Part shown: positions 14,075 through 28,388 of the stretch, one piece after another | Layout: every line of letters starts with the position of its first letter | How positions within the stretch are numbered: position 1 is the first letter of the stretch | Assembly: GCF_009834535.1 (NCBI RefSeq) | Contig: NC_045697.1 | Coordinates: 38,008,001-38,072,000 of the forward strand | DNA from: Camelus ferus | Taxonomy: Eukaryota | DNA length: 64,000 nt | Direction of reading: 5' to 3' | The notes under the pieces: model-generated | What the model was told of the DNA's origin: nothing | What the model saw: only the letters and a program-made list of their open reading frames with translations | The model's database searches: none | Position numbers and translations under genes: made by a program

Positions 14075-16314
14075 ACTGAACAGACTGATCACTAAAAATG
14101 AAATAGAATCAGCAAAAAACAAAACAACAACAAAAAAAAGCCCTCCCTGCAAACAAAAGTCCAGAACCAGATGGCTTCACTGAGGAATTCCACCAAACAA
14201 CAAAAGGGCAAAAATCACATGATCATCTCAATAAATGCAGAAAAGCATTTCATAAAGTTCAATACCCATTTATGATAAAAACTCTTACCAAGATGGGTAC
14301 AGAGAGAACATATCTCAACATAACAAAAGCTATTTATGACAAACTCACAGCCAGCATAATACTCAATGCTGAAAAACTGAAAGCCTTTCCACTAAAATCT
14401 GGAACAAGACAAGGATGCCCACTCTCACCACTTCTATTCAACACAGTCTTGGAAGTCCTAGCCACAGCAATCAGAAAAAGAAATAAAAGGGATCCAAATT
14501 AGAAGAGAAGAGGTTAAATTGTCACTATATGTGGATGACATGATACTATATAGAGAAAACCCTGAAGGCTCCACACAAAAACTACAAGAGTTGATTAAAA
14601 AGTTCAGCAACGTTACAGAATACAAGATTAACATACAGAAATCAGTCGCTACACTAACAATGAAATATCAGAATAAGAAGAGTACAGAAACAATCCCTAT
14701 TAAAATCATATCCAAAACAATAAAATACTTAGGAATAAATCTGACCAAGGAGTTGAAAGACTTATACACAGAGAACTACAAAAATTGACTAAGGAAATTA
14801 AAGATGACTTAAAGAAATGGAAAGATATCCTTTGTTCTTGGATTGAAAGAATCAATATGGTTAAAATGGTCATACTGCCCAAGGCAATCTACAGATTTAA
14901 TATGATCCCTATCAAATTATCCATGACATTTTTCACAGAACTAGAACAAACCATCCTAAAATTTATATGGAATCACAAAAGACCCAGAATTGCCAAAACA
15001 ACACTGAAGAAAAAGAACAAAGCTGAAGGAATAACCCTCCCAGACTTCAGACAATACTACAGAGCTACAGTAATAAAAACAGTATGGTATTGGCACAAAT
15101 GAGACATATGGATCAATGGAACAGAACACAGAGCCCAAAAAATAAACTCACAGACCTACAGTCAATTAATCTTTGACAAAAGAGGCAAGAATATACAACA
15201 GAGAAAACACAAGTCCTTTCAGCAAGTAGTGCTGGGAAAACCGGACAGCAGCATGTAAATCAATGAAGTTAGAACACTCCCTCACACCATACACAAAAAT
15301 AAACTCAAAATGGCTTAAAGATTTAAATATAAGCAAGATACTGTAAATCTCTTAGAAGAAAACATACGCAAAACGTCCTCTGACATAAATCTTAGCAATG
15401 TTCTCCTAAGGCAGTCTACCCAGGCAACAGAAATAAAAGCAAAAATTAACAATGGAACCTAATTAAACTTACGAGCTTTTGCACAGCAAAGGAAATCATA
15501 AGCAAAACAAAAAGACAACCTATGGAATGAGAGAAAATACTTGCAAAAGATGAGACTGGCAAGGGCTTAATTTCTGGAATGTATAAACAGCTCATACAAT
15601 TTAATAAGAAAAAAGCAAACAACCAAACCAAAAACAGGCAGAAAACCTAAACAAGCAATTCTCCAACGAAGACATACAAATTGCCAATAGGCACATAAAA
15701 AAAATGCTCAATACTGCTATGCAAATCAAAACTACAATGAGGTTAATTAACATCTCACAGTCAGAATGGCCATCATTCAAAAGTCCACAAATGATAAATG
15801 CCGGAGAGGGTGTGGAGAAAAGGGAATCATCCTACACTGCTGGTGGGAATGTAGTCTGGTGCAGCCATTATGGAAAACAGTATAGAGATTTCTCAATAAA
15901 CTAAATCAGACTTACCATATGATCCAGCAATCCCACTTTTGGGCATATATCCAGAGGAAACTCTAATTCGAAAAGATACATGCACCCCAATGTTCACAGC
16001 AGCACTATTTACAACAGCCAAGGCATGGAACCAATCTAAACGTCCATCGACAGATTACTGTCTGTGGTATATTTACACAATGGACTACTACTCAGCAATA
16101 AAAAAAGAATAAAATAATGCCATTGCAGCAATGTGGATGGACCTGGAGATCGTCATTCCAAATGAAGTAAGCCAGAAAGAGAAAGAAAAATACCATGTAT
16201 CACTCATGTGGGAAAGAAAGAAAGAAAAGAAAGGAAAGAAAGGAAAGAAAGGAAAGAAAGGAAAGAAAGGAAGGAAGGAAGGAAGGAAGGAAGGAGGAAG
16301 GAAGGAAGGAAGAA

Positions 16315-16371
<57 letters not shown>

Positions 16372-16830
16372 AGAAAGAAGAAGAGAAAGAAGGGAAGGAA
16401 GGAAAGGAAAGGAAAGGAAAGGAAAGGAAAGGAAAGGAAAGGAAAGGAAAGGAAAGGAAAGGAAAGGAAAGGAAAAAAAAGAGGACACTAACAAACTCAT
16501 CTACAGAACAGAAATAGACTCGCAGACATAGTAAACAATCTTATGGTTACTGGGGGGAAGGATTTGGGTAGGGATAAATTTGGGAGTTTGAGATTTGCAA
16601 ATGTTAACCCCTATATACAAAAATAAATAAAAAACAAATATATCTGTATAGCACAGGAAACTGGATTCAATATCTTGTAATAACCTTTAATGAAAAAGAA
16701 TATGAAAACTAATTTATGTATACATACACATGACTGGGACATTAAACTGCACAGCAGAAATTTCACACTGTAACTGACTATACTTCAACTAAAAAAAAAA
16801 GAAGAAAGCCAAAAAAAAAAAAAAAAAGTA
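14075..16830 (+). mobile_element. Relatively young 5'-truncated LINE-1 (ORF2 RT and C-terminus, 3'UTR, poly(A))
   Basis: [22 protein letters not shown] and LPKAIYRFN motifs; A tail at 16791-16828. Confidence 0.95.
16210..16485 (+). repeat. Compound pure-purine microsatellite: (AAAGGAAAG)n, (GGAA)n, (GAAA)n, (GGAAA)n
   Basis: About 276 nt containing only A and G. Confidence 0.97.
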
Positions 16831-17483
16831 AATTAGGGCTCTCTTTCTGAAAAAAAAGTTTGATAAGAAGTATCATTAACTTGAAATACTTATGTTCTTT
16901 GGCCTAGTAATTTCACTTAAAAACAAAAGGAAATAATCAGAGATGTATCCAAAGTTTTATATTCATTACACTGTTATTTAAAATAGTAAAGCTAGAAAGA
17001 TTTAAACATCCAACAGCAGTAACAGGGGCATCAAAATACATCAAACATAAATCCAAATATGCCAAAGTATCAACTCTTGTTATTCCTGAGTAATAATACG
17101 AATTTTTTTTCCTTTTTTACTTTTTCTTTAGTACTTTCTAAAATTTCTCCCATAAGCACGTATTATTTTTGAAAATAATAATAATCAGAAAAACTTAACT
17201 GCTGCCTTTTTAATTTTTGGTTGTTTTCCATTGTCCAATACTAGAGCCCTGGCTATGCAAAAGAACATAAAATACATGTTATCCACTCCAGAGAACAAGA
17301 CATGAATAACAAAGAAACATGCTACTGTTACAAAACATGAGTAAGAGGCTATTTTCCTATGTATTTCACATAATTTAAAGAAAATAACTTTTCATTTAAT
17401 CTAATCATTACTAATTTTAAAACTATTAAAAAGTTAACTCAAGAACCTGGGTTTAAAAAATGCAAATTAAATAAATCCTTTCC

Positions 17484-17518
17484 TAACCTAATAACCTATT
17501 GACCCACTGACCTACTTC
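17484..17518 (-). promoter_or_regulatory. RevDR2 element extended to four DR2-spaced half-sites
   Basis: Minus strand GAAGT AGGTCA gt GGGTCA at AGGTTA tt AGGTTA. Confidence 0.62.
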
Positions 17519-18425
17519 GGAATTTAGGTTAGTTAAATCTGATATCACAGGTATTTCTGGGACTGATGGATCTAATAACATTAATTAAAAGTCGTGCTGA
17601 AATTGACCAGTATAATACAAAATCCAAGCAACAATCCTTAACTACATTCATCACCATTTATGAAAAATTCAAATGTACTTCTGCAGATTACTGTTTGTAT
17701 TATAGTTAAGAAGATAATTATTTCTAAGAGAACAATTTTAACTTGTAAAGAAAGACTGAAATATCTTTAAAATTAATTAATGTATGAGTAAAGGTGAAAT
17801 TTAACAGCTGTTCTCAATTCAGTAGTGAATGGGAACATTAGCCCTCCTCTATAATGGATATAAAATATTAGCATGATGAAAAACACTCTAGACTCTACAA
17901 CAATTTCTAAGAACATGAATTAAAAATTGACAGTAAGAACAAGAAACACACCCCAAATCAAAGTCTCATGAACCAGACCTCTTACAACCAAAGAAGATTC
18001 TGTTTCAAGACAAACATTAAATGCTAATAAATTCTAGCCTGTCAAATGTTTAGACGTGAGGTATTTTTGAAGCCTTATTAAGTAAACAAAAACTGAAAGA
18101 TTAATAAGCTCTCTCAGTGGCACACAAGACTATTCCAATGATTCAACTAATGTATTTCTTCAAATAATGTCTGAGCTCCCTCTTCATATAATGGACTGAT
18201 CTGGTCCACACAATACATGAGCACCGTAATCCTTTCTTGAGATGAGACTGAGGCCTGAGCCTGTCCTCAGCCTCAAATGAGCCCTACAGAAGATCTGAAG
18301 GTGCAAGGACAGCCCAAGCCTAGGTCTCAGCATGAACTACACACTGAACCAGGTACCATAACCCTGAATCTGTACACTCTGCACCAGGCCTCACACTAGT
18401 ATCCACAGCAAAAGAAAGGCAGCCC

Positions 18426-18923
18426 TGTGGTAGGCAAAATAATGGCCCCACTTAAAGGACCACGCCCTAACCCCTGAAACCTGCACTATGTTACCTTATA
18501 TGGCAAAAATGAACTATGCAGATGTGATGAAGTTTAAAGATTTTGAGATGGTAGATTATCCTGGGTTATCTAGATGGTCCAAAGGAATCACATGAGTCTT
18601 TAAAAGCAGAGGGTCTTTCCTGGCTGTGGTCGAGAGAGCTGTGAGACAGAACAGTCAGAGACATGCTGTGTTGCTGGTTTTGAAGGTGAAAGAAGGTAGC
18701 CACAAGCCAAGGAATATGGGCAGCCTCTAGAAGCTTGAAAACACAAGGAAACATTTTCTTCTGAAGCCTCCAGAAAGGAATGCAGCTCTACTGACACCCT
18801 GCTTTTAGCTCAGTGAGATGCACGTGGAACTACTGAGCTGCAGGACTCTAAGATAATAAATTTGTATTGTTTTAAGCCATTAAATTTGTGGTACTTTAAT
18901 GGCAGCAAAAGAAATTTAATACA
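18426..18923 (+). mobile_element. MaLR solo LTR, MLT1D-like
   Basis: Starts tgtggtaggcaaaataatggcccc and ends aataca; ataataaatttgtattgttttaagcca signal; ~500 bp. Confidence 0.85.
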
Positions 18924-18999
18924 GGTCCAAAATCTCTGACTGCTCTTGATAAATCTGCCTTCCTCAAACCCTCTCTCTATGCATATTTAAAATAATCTG

Positions 19000-19151
19000 A
19001 GGGCGGAGGGTGTAGCTCAAGTGGTAGAGCACATGCTTAGCATGTACAAGGTCCTGGGTTCAATTCCCAGTACCTCCTCTAAACATAAATAAATAAATAA
19101 ACCTAACTACCTCCCCCACAAAATAAAAAAAAAATTATATAAAAAATAAAA
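19000..19151 (+). mobile_element. tRNA-derived SINE (camelid Vic-1-like)
   Basis: A box TAGCTCAAGTGG, B box GGTTCAATTCC, A-rich tail, TSD taaaataatctg (18988-18999 and 19152-19163). Confidence 0.9.
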
Positions 19152-20781
19152 TAAAATAATCTGCCTAGGAAACCATTAGAATGAATCCCATTATACCCTA
19201 CTTTCCTTTTGTATCAGTCACCAGGAGGAGCCCAAGACCCCCAGGTCATCTCCCATCACCTAGACTCTTGTCCCTTTATACTTTATATATCCCCACATTA
19301 ACCCCTTTCCCTTTTCTTTCCCATTTCCAAAATCCTTTAATTGTGTCCTCTGGAACTTACAGTATATTATTAGCAAAATATCCTACTTCTTCAATATTGT
19401 TGTTGCATACTCTCTCCACCTTTCCTGCACCAACAGAAAGTTCACTCTTCTCTAAGAGTTCTGCTCTAGCTCCATGCCTTCCAAATGATGACTGGTTTTC
19501 TCTCTCACATCTCATATGAGTAGCCCTGGTGTGAGATGGACTTGTTTCTCACTGTCCTGAATTATTCTCCTTTCTCCCCCACTAAACTCCCCAATTTTGA
19601 ATCTCATGCCTCCAATTAAGCTATTTATCATCTCCTTGTTGTAAGCATTCATAAACCCCCAGAACAAGCCTTCTCATTCCCTGAGGGCTGTTTCTCTCTC
19701 CAATACCTCTTTTGTCATTATTTTTGGACTGTGATATCCACAAAAATGATCCTTCGAACATCTTGGCCAATTCCTTGATCTCCTCTCCTCCAACAATCCT
19801 GTGCTCACCTCCCACTCATCCCCCTGAAGTTACTCTAGAACTCAGCATTACCAACAATCACATGCCCCTCCATATTCTTAATTTCAAGCACTTTATCCCT
19901 CTGTATCTTACATAAGAGCTGGGAGAGCATGTGATCTGCTTGATTTGAATCCATACACACACACCACATACACTAAAAAACATGCACATTTTTTTTTCTA
20001 ACTGGCTGTATAGCTCTAATTTATTTATTTATGTTTATGCTTTTTTTTTTTTTAACCTGTCCTATCCTCCTAATCTTTGCTGGGCCTTCAGTTTCTCATC
20101 TCACAGAGCAAGGCAGGTTATCTGAGATGGTCAGGGGATATAAGAGATAGTGTCAGTCTCTGTTGGTCAGGCTGCTCATCATCCTTTATGAAAAATGCTT
20201 AATTCTTTTTCATGTTTGTCCAAACTCTAGCCTTCCTTTTTGCCACTGATTCCTTTGTATGTTTAACATACAAATAAGCCATTCCATGAGCCATTCTGTG
20301 GCAAAATGCAGTAATAGCTTACAACTCAAATACAGCTAAAGTCAAGCTGATAATAAAAACTTCCTATACTTCCAACTTAACAGCATTTACTAATAGAAGT
20401 GCAAAGAATACAAATATTAAAGAACATGTGGAGGGAAACTAAGGCTTCTGAAGATCACTTGCTTTGCTACATTTTAAGACGCTAATTTTCCTTTCTAGCT
20501 TCATTCTCTCTCTCCAGCCTCATCTCCCACTCCACCCTCACTGTTTACATACTCCCTACTCTCCAGCCACACTAAATGTGTCACCATTCCTATTAAGTCA
20601 AAAATAAAGATCCCTGGTATACAAAGATCTGCCCAACATATTATCAACACAAATGACTTCCTAGTATACAAAACAGAATTGATCTTCCAGGAAATCACAC
20701 TGTCAATCCCGACAGTGAATCAGGATTCAATTCATCAATTTGTAAAACTCATGTTAGTGAAAAACTTAAACAGAGGTACTG

Positions 20782-21266
20782 TGTATTAACTTCCTATAGC
20801 TGCTATAACAAATCACCACAAACTTAATAGAACGAAGCAGGACAAATTTACTTTCTCCCAGTTCTGTAGGTCAGAGTCCAACACAGGTCTCACTGGGCTA
20901 AACTCAAAGTGTCAGCGGGGTTGCATTCCTTTCTGGAAACGTGAGCAGAAAAACCGCTTCTTTGCCTCTACAAGCTTCTAGAGGCTCTGTGCATTCCTTG
21001 ACTCACGCATGGATCTCCTCCTCAACCTTCAAAGCCAGCAGCAGGCCAAGTCCTTCTCACGTTGCCATCTCTTTCACCTCCCTCTTTCTTTATAAAGACC
21101 CTTGTGATTACACTGGGCCCACCCAGATAATCCAAAATAATCTTCCATTATAAATTCAGCTGATTAGTCACCTTCATTCCTCTTTGCCACATAACCTAAT
21201 ACAGTCACAGTTTCTGGGAACTTAGGATGTGGACATCTTCGAAAAGCCATTATTCTGCCTATCACA
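20782..21266 (-). mobile_element. MaLR solo LTR (MLT1 family)
   Basis: tgtattaacttcctatagctgctataacaaatcaccacaaactt ... ccattattctgcctatcaca. Confidence 0.82.
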
Positions 21267-24009
21267 CACCATGACCCAAGAAGTCTCTTTCGTCAAGACA
21301 AAGTATTTTCTGGGGATAAACATTAAATAATTTGATCTATCAACAGATAAAAGATCATATCATCATGCCCATAAGTTTGTAACTTCTGAACTATCTTTTC
21401 CTTTTATGTTCCTTCAAGGGAATTGAGAAGCAATGTGGATGACAGTTTCAGATGCCTAAGTTCAACTGCAACTGAAGTCTAACTTTATTGCTATATAGCA
21501 GCAACAGGCTCTATGGATGTTTGCTTAGTTTAATGCCCAAATGAATATGAGAGCATGCTTCTCCTTTTGGACAATTATTTAATATATATACTACACTCTG
21601 GCATAATTTATAAGTATCAAACAGATGTACAAAAAAATTAATTAATCCAAGTCTTTGTGGAATGTTTTCTTTTCAAAAGGCATCTGAGATGGATCTCCAG
21701 AAAAAGAGAGAATGAATTACAACAACCTAAAAAAAGTACAGAATTTCATTAGTGCTGTAAATCTATAGGGATCTGTTAAGAAATCTGCTTAAGTATTATG
21801 AAAATGATAGGCTTAGGGTCAGCTCATGAGATATTTACTAACTTATAACTAATCTGTATAAATATAATGACAATGTTATGACATATTATGTATTTCATCA
21901 ATGAGGTCACCAAATCCATATAGAATACTAAAAAATGCACCAACTTTCAAAGCCACAAGTATTCCCCTAACTTTTTGCAGTGTAATCACTTCATAAAAAA
22001 GACAATTATTTTGACCTATTACCTGAAATGACAAGGTCTGAGAAAATTGCAGGGCAAGATCCTATCTGAATCTGTGGAGTATCAAGGGAGATGGAACTCA
22101 ACTTGCACAGATACATTTTTTTATTTGCAGCATGCAAGTATGAGTAATTAAGGATAAGAGGATGTTTAAACAGCCTGCTAATTAACAGCCAGAAGGCCCA
22201 TGACCAGGTTTCACAGGGTGCAACCTAGACTTAACAAGTATTATAGAATAGATACATATCCTTGATACAGAAGAAAATGACTTGAGATTTCCACTGATTT
22301 ATCTTCAAGTCTGCTACCGAGCCCATGCAATAAATTTCTATTTCTTGTATGTTTCTGTTCTGAATTTCCTACTTGATTCTTTTGTATGATTTCTGTTTCA
22401 GAGAACTATTTTTCTACTCATTTCAAAAAATGTTCACTTTTACCTCATGGAACATGGATATATCAGTTGCTTTAAAGTCTTTTCTGATAATTTCATCATC
22501 TGCATCATCTCAGGGCTGGCATCTATTGTCTTTTCCCTGTTTCCTTAAGTTTAAAAAAAAAGTCACATTTTTCTGATTCTTTGTATGTCAAGTAATTTTG
22601 GATTATATACTAAGCATTCTGAATATTAGGTTATGAAAGTTTAGATCCTATTATCTTTTGAAGAATTTGGGTTTTTTGCTTAAGTTTAGACTACAAGTTC
22701 TGTATTGCCTTCTAAGAGTGGGAGTTCTAATGTTAGCTCAGTTTTCAAAGCCTCTGCTATGTTATTTGGGCTTATCCTTACACGCATCACTGAGGCAAGT
22801 CTGGATTTGAACACTGGTTTGTATTGTACATCAGTTCTCTAAGTCTTCGCTGTGTTTCTCTGGATCTGTTCTGTGCACATGTAGCTCATGAGTGACATGG
22901 GACCTTTGTGGGTATCCTCTCAGATCAGCTCTCTTCTGATATTTCCCTAGCATGCTCCAGTTTCCAGGGGCCTGTTTCCGAAAACCTCTGACCAGAAAAT
23001 CGGTTTTCTCTCAAGGTTTTAAGTGCTTGTGCCACCATGACAATGCAACTTTATAGGTGGAGATGGTCTCAGGAAAGGCTTGGGGAAGAATAAGCAAAAA
23101 AGGGGTTTTTTTCCCTTGTCCTCTGGCTAGAAATAGGGAGTTTTTCTAAGGGTTTTTGCAAATTTCTACATCCATTGTGCAGTTCCATAATTTAGCCCAC
23201 CATTTGGTCAAAGTTGGGTCATAGAAAGAAAGAAAAGTAAATTCACCATTATCTAGACTATTCCTCAAGTTATGACTCCCCTTCTCAATCTGCCTGCTAT
23301 TATTAATTTTCAGAGATAGTTACTCTGTATTCTATTCAGAATTTTTAGCTCTAGAGAGGCTTATCCATTGTATTGTCCATTGTATTATATCCATTTTCCT
23401 AACACACTTTTCACCTAATGGCTTTAGTCAACGACTGATCATTATCTAGATCCATAATTCTATTAAGATACTGCATTGTGGTGAGTGTCTAATCCTATCA
23501 TTCTCCCAGGATTTCTTGTTAGCTATGATTCTTCTATACAGTAAACTTTCTGTCTTAACTATTTGCTTATCCTGGAATATAATCTGCGCAAAAAAAGATA
23601 AATGGTTGAGTCTTTCATTTACCAATGATTTTCAGCTGTTCCCTATGAGGGTTTTTTTTTTTTAAGTATTATTATGAACTTCTAAATTCCTATACATTTG
23701 TGTTTCAATCTACAACAGTCATTAAGTCATTATTTATCTTTAAACTAATTTTTATGGAAAATTTCAAACATACCCAAAAGTAAAAAAGACTAATTATTAA
23801 CCCAAATATCCATCATCCATTTTCAACAATTATTAAATCATGGTCATTCTTGTTTCATCTTTGCCCCTGCCCCCTTCCTTCCCATCCTTTGTATCATTAG
23901 AAGCAAATTGCCAAAACTGTATCATTTCATCTGTAAATACTCCAATATGAATCTATAAATTACAAAGACTTTACAAAAGCATAACCACAATATCATTATC
24001 ACATTTTTA

Positions 24010-25640
24010 AAAGGTAATAAAAGATGTATACAAACTCTACATACAAAACAACAAAATATTCTGAGATAAATTTTAAAGACCAAAATATATGGAGATATAC
24101 CATGGTTAATGTATTGAAAGTCTCAATATTGAAAGATGTCCAACATATCCAAATTGATCTACAGATTCAATATTAAACAAGTCAAAAATATGAAATAATA
24201 TTAAATTTGCTTAATATTAAATACAGAATTTATTTATTTACTTATTTAAGAAACTGACAGGCTGAATGTAAAATTTTTACTGAAATTCATAAGGACTAAG
24301 AAGAACCAAAGCAATTTTAAAGAAGAAAAGTTGGAAGATTTAAAACTACAATAATTAAAAGAATATAGCACTGGCAAAACAACAGACCAATGGAACAGAA
24401 CAGGGTCCAAAAATAGACTCACAGTCACCTGAATTACAACAAAGGCAACTTACTTCATTACAGTAAGAAAGGACAGTCTTTTCAATAAATAATGCTGGGC
24501 CAAATGGATTTCCATATGGAAAATAAAATGAACCATGAATCCTACCACCTAAGAATAAATCTAAATGTAAAAGTTAAAATAATCAAGCTTATAGAAGAAA
24601 ACAGCAGAATATCTTCTTGGCTTTGAGATAAAAAAAGACTCCTTAAAACACAAAAAGCACTAATCATAAACAAATAATTTGATAAAAAGGTCTTCATTAA
24701 AATTAAGAAATTATCTTAACTAAGACACACTACTAAAAGAGTGAAGAAGTAAGAGAGATGTCTTTAATACTTAATTCAACAAAAAATTTAAATAACTCCT
24801 GCAAATCTGTAAGATAGACAACCCAAGACAAAAATGGGCAGAAGACATAAACAGCCACTTCTTAAGAGGATGCCCAAAGGATCAACAGGCATACAAACAT
24901 CTGCTAATTTTTAAAGTTATCAGGGAGTCATAAATTAAAAGTACAAATAAAATTTCACAACATATACTGCAGAAGAGCTATTCATTTGAAATACTAATAA
25001 CTCAAAGTGCTGATGAAGATGGAGAGCAACAAGAACTCTTACACACTGTTGGAGAAGTGTAAATTGTTTCAACCACTTTTGAAAACTAGGAGTATCTACT
25101 AAAGCTAAACAGCCAAATACCCTGTCCCAGCAATTTCACTCCTGGATATTTATCCAACAGAAATGCATACATACGTAACAAAGACATACTTGAAAATGTT
25201 CACAGCAAAATTCATCATAACAGCCAAAAACTGATTATGATCCAAATGCTAGTGGAAAGTACAATGGATAAATAAATTATGGTATATACATATAATGGAG
25301 TATTACAAAGCAGTGAAAAAGGATGACCTATTATTGCTATATGAATCAACATGAACAACTCACATAACAACATGTTGATCAAAAAAAGACACAAGAAGTT
25401 CAAAAATAGACAATACTAATGAATATTGAATGAAGTCAGAATAATAGTTACCTTTGGGAGTGCGTGATGACTGTCAGGGGGCATGAAGGAGGCTCCTGGA
25501 TTGATGAAAATATTCTATATCTTGATCTTGGTATTGGTTAAATGAGTGTTGACTTCATAAAATTTCATCAAAATGACACTCAGTATCTATGCACTGTATA
25601 ATATGCATGTTTTAACTCAATATAAAATATTTTTTAAAGT
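24010..25640 (+). mobile_element. Old LINE-1 (L1M) ORF2 3' end and 3'UTR
   Basis: ttgatctacagattcaat, agaccaatggaacagaa and ccagcaatttcactcctggatat. Confidence 0.85.
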
Positions 25641-28067
25641 TAGCAATACTATGTGGGCCCCTTGATTTTTTAATTTTTAGGGGTTTCCCCATCAGTCTGC
25701 CTCTTACTTGGGTACTAAAAAGTCCTATTTACTTCCTTTTTCTGAGTAATTACCAAAGAATAGTCTTGATATGTGGCTCCTTCCCACATTATAAAGGCAA
25801 AAGCCTAGCTTGAAGTTAGATCTAAATATGGAATTTTTCTTAATATAAATACAATCAATTTTTCTACATTAAGTTCCTGATTACCAGTTTCCACAGCTTC
25901 TATTTGGAAAAAAGAGATAAGAAAACACAAAGCTTCTGAGGCTTACTATCTAAGCTCTGTTTTAGCTAGAATTGAAAAAACAAATCAAGGCAAGGTGTCA
26001 GCATAAGGTTGTGAAATAAAATATATTATTAAATGTAAAATACTTAGAATATGACAAGCACAAACTAAATACTCAAAAAATATCTGCAATTATTTATACC
26101 AATTTGAAAAACACTATAATAGATTCTTATTCTTGAATTTCCTTCAAAATACTTAAAATAAAAAAAAAAGATCTACTTTTAAAAACAAAGCATATTTATG
26201 GAGCCAAGGGACTTAACAGACTTTTAATGAAGCAAGCTGAAGTGAACATCAAAGAAACTACAGGACAGATGAGAATTAAATAGATTGTATCTAAGATTTT
26301 TTAAAGTTCTAAATTATACTAATAGATATTTAATGATATTATGATTAGAACTCCTATATATTTATCCAGCTCACTAATTGTTAACATTTGCATCATTTTC
26401 TTTATATAAGATAAACATATTTCCTGAAACATTTGACAGTAAGTTGCATATATCATGTCCTTTTAACCCAAAATACTTCAGTGTGTACTTCCTAAGAACA
26501 AAGACATTTTCATCAATAATAATATAGTTATTAACCTCAGGAAATTTAACAAGTATAAAGTATTTTAATGTCTATTTTCCAATTTTTTAACTGAGCAAAT
26601 AAAGTCCTGTAGGAGTGTCTTCTTCCTCCAGTACAGGATACAGTTTAAAGTCATGTATTAGATTCAGTTATCATATCTCCCTAGACTCCTTTAATCTGTA
26701 AATGTTTTCCTCAACCAAATAACTTTTAAACTATCTCATCTTTACAAGGTATTCTCCAAGGTAATATTTTAAAAGTTGGGTTCTTGAGCAGACTATATAG
26801 GGAAGTTTCATTAAAAATAGAGGCTCAATGGAAAAGTTGGGAAAAGTTTCAGACAACTTAAATGAGAATATATAAATCTTCCTATCCAAGAGTGGCTTTA
26901 GTATATATACATTTTAAAATTTTTTAATGAGGGGGTTTCTAGATTTCTTTGAGACTGTTGATTCTTGGATTGGTGGTTTATCTTGTCCCTCAAGATTTCA
27001 AAAAATTGTAATATATAATCAACTGAGACAAAATAAGTCTGGCCAATGATTTGACAGCTATCTGTAAGGAATGGATCCAGAGAAAACTATTGCTTTCATC
27101 AAAATTCCCTCCTACAGTTAACAAAAAACACCCAATTCTAGTAAGCAAATCTTTAAAGGTACTGGCATTATTATGATTATGCATAGATGTAACAGCTATT
27201 AGCCACAACAGGATTTATTCCTTCACTCAACAAATAGTGACCGTATGCCAACTATGTGTCAGATCTATGGCAGCTGCATGTGGATCCAACAGCTAAGAAA
27301 CAGGCATGGTACCTACCCTTAAAAAGCTTACAATTTAGTAAACCTAAAGACTCCTGTTTTCAGACAGGACAGGTATTACTTTCCCCTATTTTGAAAATGA
27401 AGCACCTATGATGCAGAGTGATAAATATGTCCAAAGCCACAAAACTATTAAGTGTTCTAGAGGGACAAGAAAGGTAGATCCTAAAATCCTGGTATTTTAT
27501 CTCCTAATACAAAACTTAACCTACCTCTATCAGACTGCAGAAGAGCTGCTTAAGAATATCCTCCAACCTATCCACAGACTCCAAAAGGGACCACATCCCC
27601 TTCATCCCCAACATATGTTCTAGCTTTGTTCCACTGAGTCAGTCACCAACTAGTTTCCAAAAAATGTATTAGCATTTTCACTTTAAAAGTAACAGGTTAT
27701 CTCCAAACACAGAGAAAAACAGAAACTACACAAAAGGGATATACATTTTTAAGTGCTTACTATATTACCGTAACACTAAAACCTGGTAAAAAAAAAAGAA
27801 AAAACTGAGAGTATATACTAATTTCTTTCTGCATATGCCCACATACATTTATTTTAGAAGAAAGGTTAGAAGAATCAATTTCTCTTGATTTATTTTCGGT
27901 TTTAAACAGAAACATAGGTCAATCTACTAAGAATACGGATTACACTTTTCAGGACAGAAAAAAAGGGTAAGTCACTGAGAGTTGCTATCAACTTTCACCT
28001 CCCTCTAATTTCCCCCAATTTATCTCTTACCCTAGCACTCAATCTACAAATACTTCTCCAACTATGT

Positions 28068-28388
28068 AGAGGTCAGCTAATTTATTCTGTAAAGGGTCAC
28101 ACAGTCAATATTTTTGGCTTTCTGGGTCCTAACGTCTCTGATGCAACTACCTAACTCTGCCACTACAGCTTGAAAATAGCCATACACAATATGTAAAAAG
28201 AGTGGCTGTATTCCAATAAAGCTTTATTCATACACCCTAAAATCTGAATTTCACATAATTTTCACATGTCAAAAATAGTCTTCTTTTGGCATTTTCCCCC
28301 TAACCATTTAAAACTGAAAACACCACTCTTAGTTCTTGGGTCACACAAAAACAGGCAGCAGGCTGGATCTGGTGGTTTGCAGACCCTG
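28068..28388. mobile_element. MER58-like hAT-Charlie element
   Basis: tctgtaaagggtca...caactacctaactctgcca...ggctgtattccaataaagctttatt...ggctggatctgg...accctg. Confidence 0.75.

Noticed and set aside
14272..15102. Reverse-transcriptase-like ORFs
   Set aside because: Frameshifted L1 ORF2 pieces, not an intact or domesticated gene.
16131..16531. K/E/R-rich and F/L/S-rich ORFs of 98-128 aa
   Set aside because: Translations of the purine microsatellite.
19000..19080. tRNA-like sequence (also at ~31710-31788 and ~35980-36055)
   Set aside because: SINE heads with A-rich tails and flanking duplications, not tRNA genes.
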